NCBI GenBank assembly: GCA_045580735.1
Contig: JAZNOJ010000053.1
Location: forward strand, 9,362-73,361
DNA from: Candidatus Egerieisoma sp.
GTDB taxonomy: Bacteria; Bacillota; Clostridia; UBA1212; UBA1255
Length of the DNA: 64,000 nt
Direction: 5' to 3'
In this document: positions 62,423 through 64,000 of the stretch, piece by piece
Position numbering within the stretch: position 1 is the first letter of the stretch
Layout: the number at the start of each line of letters is the position of its first letter
Notes under the pieces: model-generated
The model's database searches: none
What the model saw: only the letters and a program-made list of their open reading frames with translations
Told to the model about the DNA's origin: nothing
Position numbers and translations under genes: made by a program

Positions 62423-63346
62423 ATGAAGCACGTTCTTGATATTACTGATTTAACAGTTAGTGAAATTGATGAGCTTATTTCTGTAGCTAAGGATATTATA
62501 GAAAATAAAGAAAAATATCAAGATGTTTGTAAACATAAAAAGCTTGCAACTCTTTTTTTCGAGCCTAGTACACGAACCAGACTTAGCTTTGAAGCTGCAA
62601 TGATGGAGCTTGGAGGAAATGTTATCGGTTTTTCATCGGCTTCAAGCAGTTCTTCATCAAAAGGAGAATCTGTTTCAGATACAATTAAGGTCGTAGGATA
62701 TTATGCTGATATTATTGCTATGCGTCATCCAAAGGAAGGTGCTCCTATGGCGGCAACAGCAGTTTCAGATGTTCCAATTATTAACGCTGGCGATGGTGGT
62801 CACCATCATCCAACACAAACATTAGCAGATCTTCTTACAATTAGTCGTGAAAAAGGACATTTTGATAATTTGACAGTTGGTTTTTGCGGTGATTTAAAAT
62901 TTGGTCGTACAGTACATTCGCTAGTTAATGCCCTTGCAAGATATACTGGAATCAAGCTTGTCTTCATATCCCCTGACGAGCTTAAAATACCTAAATATAT
63001 CAAGACAGATATTATTGAAAAAAATAATATGCCTTATGTAGAAACACAAACTATGGAAAGCGTAATGCCAGAGCTTGACATTCTCTACATGACACGTGTT
63101 CAAGGCGAAAGATTTTTCAATGAGGCAGACTATATTAGACTTCGTGACTATTATATTTTAACACCTGATAAGCTTTCTAATGCAAAAAGGGATCTTTGTA
63201 TTATGCATCCACTTCCAAGAGTAAATGAAATATCAAGAAGCATAGATAATGATCCTCGCGCTTGCTATTTCAAACAGGTTGAAAATGGAAAATATATGAG
63301 AATGGCTTTAATTATGAAGCTTTTAGAATTATATCCTAAGGATTAA
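62423..63346 (+). CDS. pyrB: Aspartate carbamoyltransferase catalytic subunit
   Basis: STRTRLSFE and HPTQ motifs. The likely start [10 protein letters not shown] at 62423 has the RBS AAGGAGG at 62408-62414. The ORF-track start at 62393 is an extension. Confidence 0.9.
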   Translation: MKHVLDITDLTVSEIDELISVAKDIIENKEKYQDVCKHKKLATLFFEPSTRTRLSFEAAMMELGGNVIGFSSASSSSSSKGESVSDTIKVVGYYADIIAMRHPKEGAPMAATAVSDVPIINAGDGGHHHPTQTLADLLTISREKGHFDNLTVGFCGDLKFGRTVHSLVNALARYTGIKLVFISPDELKIPKYIKTDIIEKNNMPYVETQTMESVMPELDILYMTRVQGERFFNEADYIRLRDYYILTPDKLSNAKRDLCIMHPLPRVNEISRSIDNDPRACYFKQVENGKYMRMALIMKLLELYPKD

Positions 63347-63359
63347 GGAGGATATTAAT

Positions 63360-63785
63360 ATGATAATTGACCAAATTGAAAATGGTATAGTTCTTGACCA
63401 TATAAAGGCTGGTAATGCCATGGCAATTTACCGCTATTTACAATTAGATGAGCTAGATTATACAGTTGCTATAATTAAAAATGTCAAAAGTCAAAAAATG
63501 GGCAAAAAGGATATTATAAAAATCGATGCTCCAATTGATATAAATCTTGATGTTTTAGGTTATTTTGATGAAAATATTACTGTAAATATAATTAAAAACG
63601 GTGAGAATATTGCAAAAAAGCATCTCTGTCTGCCAGAAAAGATTGTAAATATTGTTAAGTGCAAAAATCCACGCTGTATTACATCTACAGAGCAAGAGCT
63701 TGATCAGATTTTCCGTCTTACGGATGCTGAAAATCGTATTTACAGATGTATGTATTGTGATTCAAGCAACAATTATTTACCATAA
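63360..63785 (+). CDS. pyrI: Aspartate carbamoyltransferase regulatory subunit
   Basis: 141 aa. The C-terminal zinc domain is CKNPRCIT...YRCMYCD. Confidence 0.85.
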   Translation: MIIDQIENGIVLDHIKAGNAMAIYRYLQLDELDYTVAIIKNVKSQKMGKKDIIKIDAPIDINLDVLGYFDENITVNIIKNGENIAKKHLCLPEKIVNIVKCKNPRCITSTEQELDQIFRLTDAENRIYRCMYCDSSNNYLP

Positions 63786-63811
63786 AAATTTATATTATTA
63801 TAAAGGAGAAT

Positions 63812-63863
63812 GGGCGTTTCTTCCATCTATAATATTTAGCTGAAAGAATTCGCCCTTATTTTA
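63812..63863 (+). terminator. Possible terminator after pyrI (long-loop hairpin plus T-tract)
   Basis: GGGCGtTTCTT ... AAGAAtTCGCCC stem with a ~21-nt loop, followed by TTATTTTA. Confidence 0.35.
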
Positions 63864-63866
63864 TAT

Positions 63867-64000
63867 ATGACTAAAGAAAGATTAAATAAAAAAAATAAAT
63901 TTGTTATTGCTACTATATTGTTATTATTAGTAGTGTTATCTTCATGTTCAAAAAAAGAAGATACTTCAAAAAAAACTCCAACTAATGCTCCCAGTCCAAC
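63867..64000 (+). CDS. Putative lipoprotein. Only the N-terminus is in the window; the rest runs off the 3' end.
   Basis: MTKERLNKKNKFVIATILLLLVVLSSCSKKEDTS... has a signal peptide with an LSSC lipobox. The RBS is weak. Confidence 0.4.
   Translation, partial: MTKERLNKKNKFVIATILLLLVVLSSCSKKEDTSKKTPTNAPSP

Noticed and set aside
1-64000. CRISPR arrays, tRNA/rRNA genes, IS elements/transposases, integrases
   Set aside because: No short direct-repeat/spacer arrays were seen. No tRNA-like cloverleaf-sized GC-rich islands in the intergenic regions. No ORF with transposase or integrase motifs. All long ORFs are assigned to other functions.

Overview
This is a low-GC (about 33%) Firmicutes/Clostridia chromosomal segment. 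Internal dockerin modules plus sporulation synteny suggest a Ruminococcus-like gut or rumen Clostridium. Positions 1-23.5 kb are an unbroken minus-strand run of housekeeping genes: a biotin-dependent carboxyltransferase triad, hemW, lepA, spoIIP, a 1430-aa double acyl-CoA-dehydratase-activase fusion, aspS, mutS2, a J-domain protein, pfkA, dnaE and a phospho-sugar mutase. An accessory stretch follows at 23.6-40 kb: a secreted dockerin/beta-helix protein, a DMT transporter, a split ThrE exporter pair, a four-gene sugar-catabolic cluster, an unusual YjbQ-TIM-like-YjbQ operon, an SPFH protein with four zinc ribbons, and a Ca2+ P-type ATPase. That ATPase has a promoter, a roughly 150-nt structured leader and a terminator-like hairpin that look like a yybP-ykoY-type riboswitch. 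A plus-strand operon at 40.3-44.6 kb (Gfo/Idh/MocA oxidoreductase, M20 amidohydrolase, NAD-epimerase-like, DapA-like) converges on the window's outstanding feature. That feature is a single 8.97-kb gene for a 2990-aa trimodular NRPS with domain order A-T-C-A-T-C-A-T-R. It ends in a thioester reductase, not a thioesterase, which predicts a tripeptide-like aldehyde or alcohol. The first A domain lacks the conserved Asp235 and so probably loads a starter that is not an alpha-amino acid. Positions 53.9-63.8 kb are a complete de novo pyrimidine operon (pyrC-carA-carB-pyrK-pyrD-pyrF-pyrE-pyrB-pyrI) behind a perfect consensus sigma-A promoter, followed by a partial lipoprotein gene. No rRNA, tRNA, CRISPR or transposase was found.
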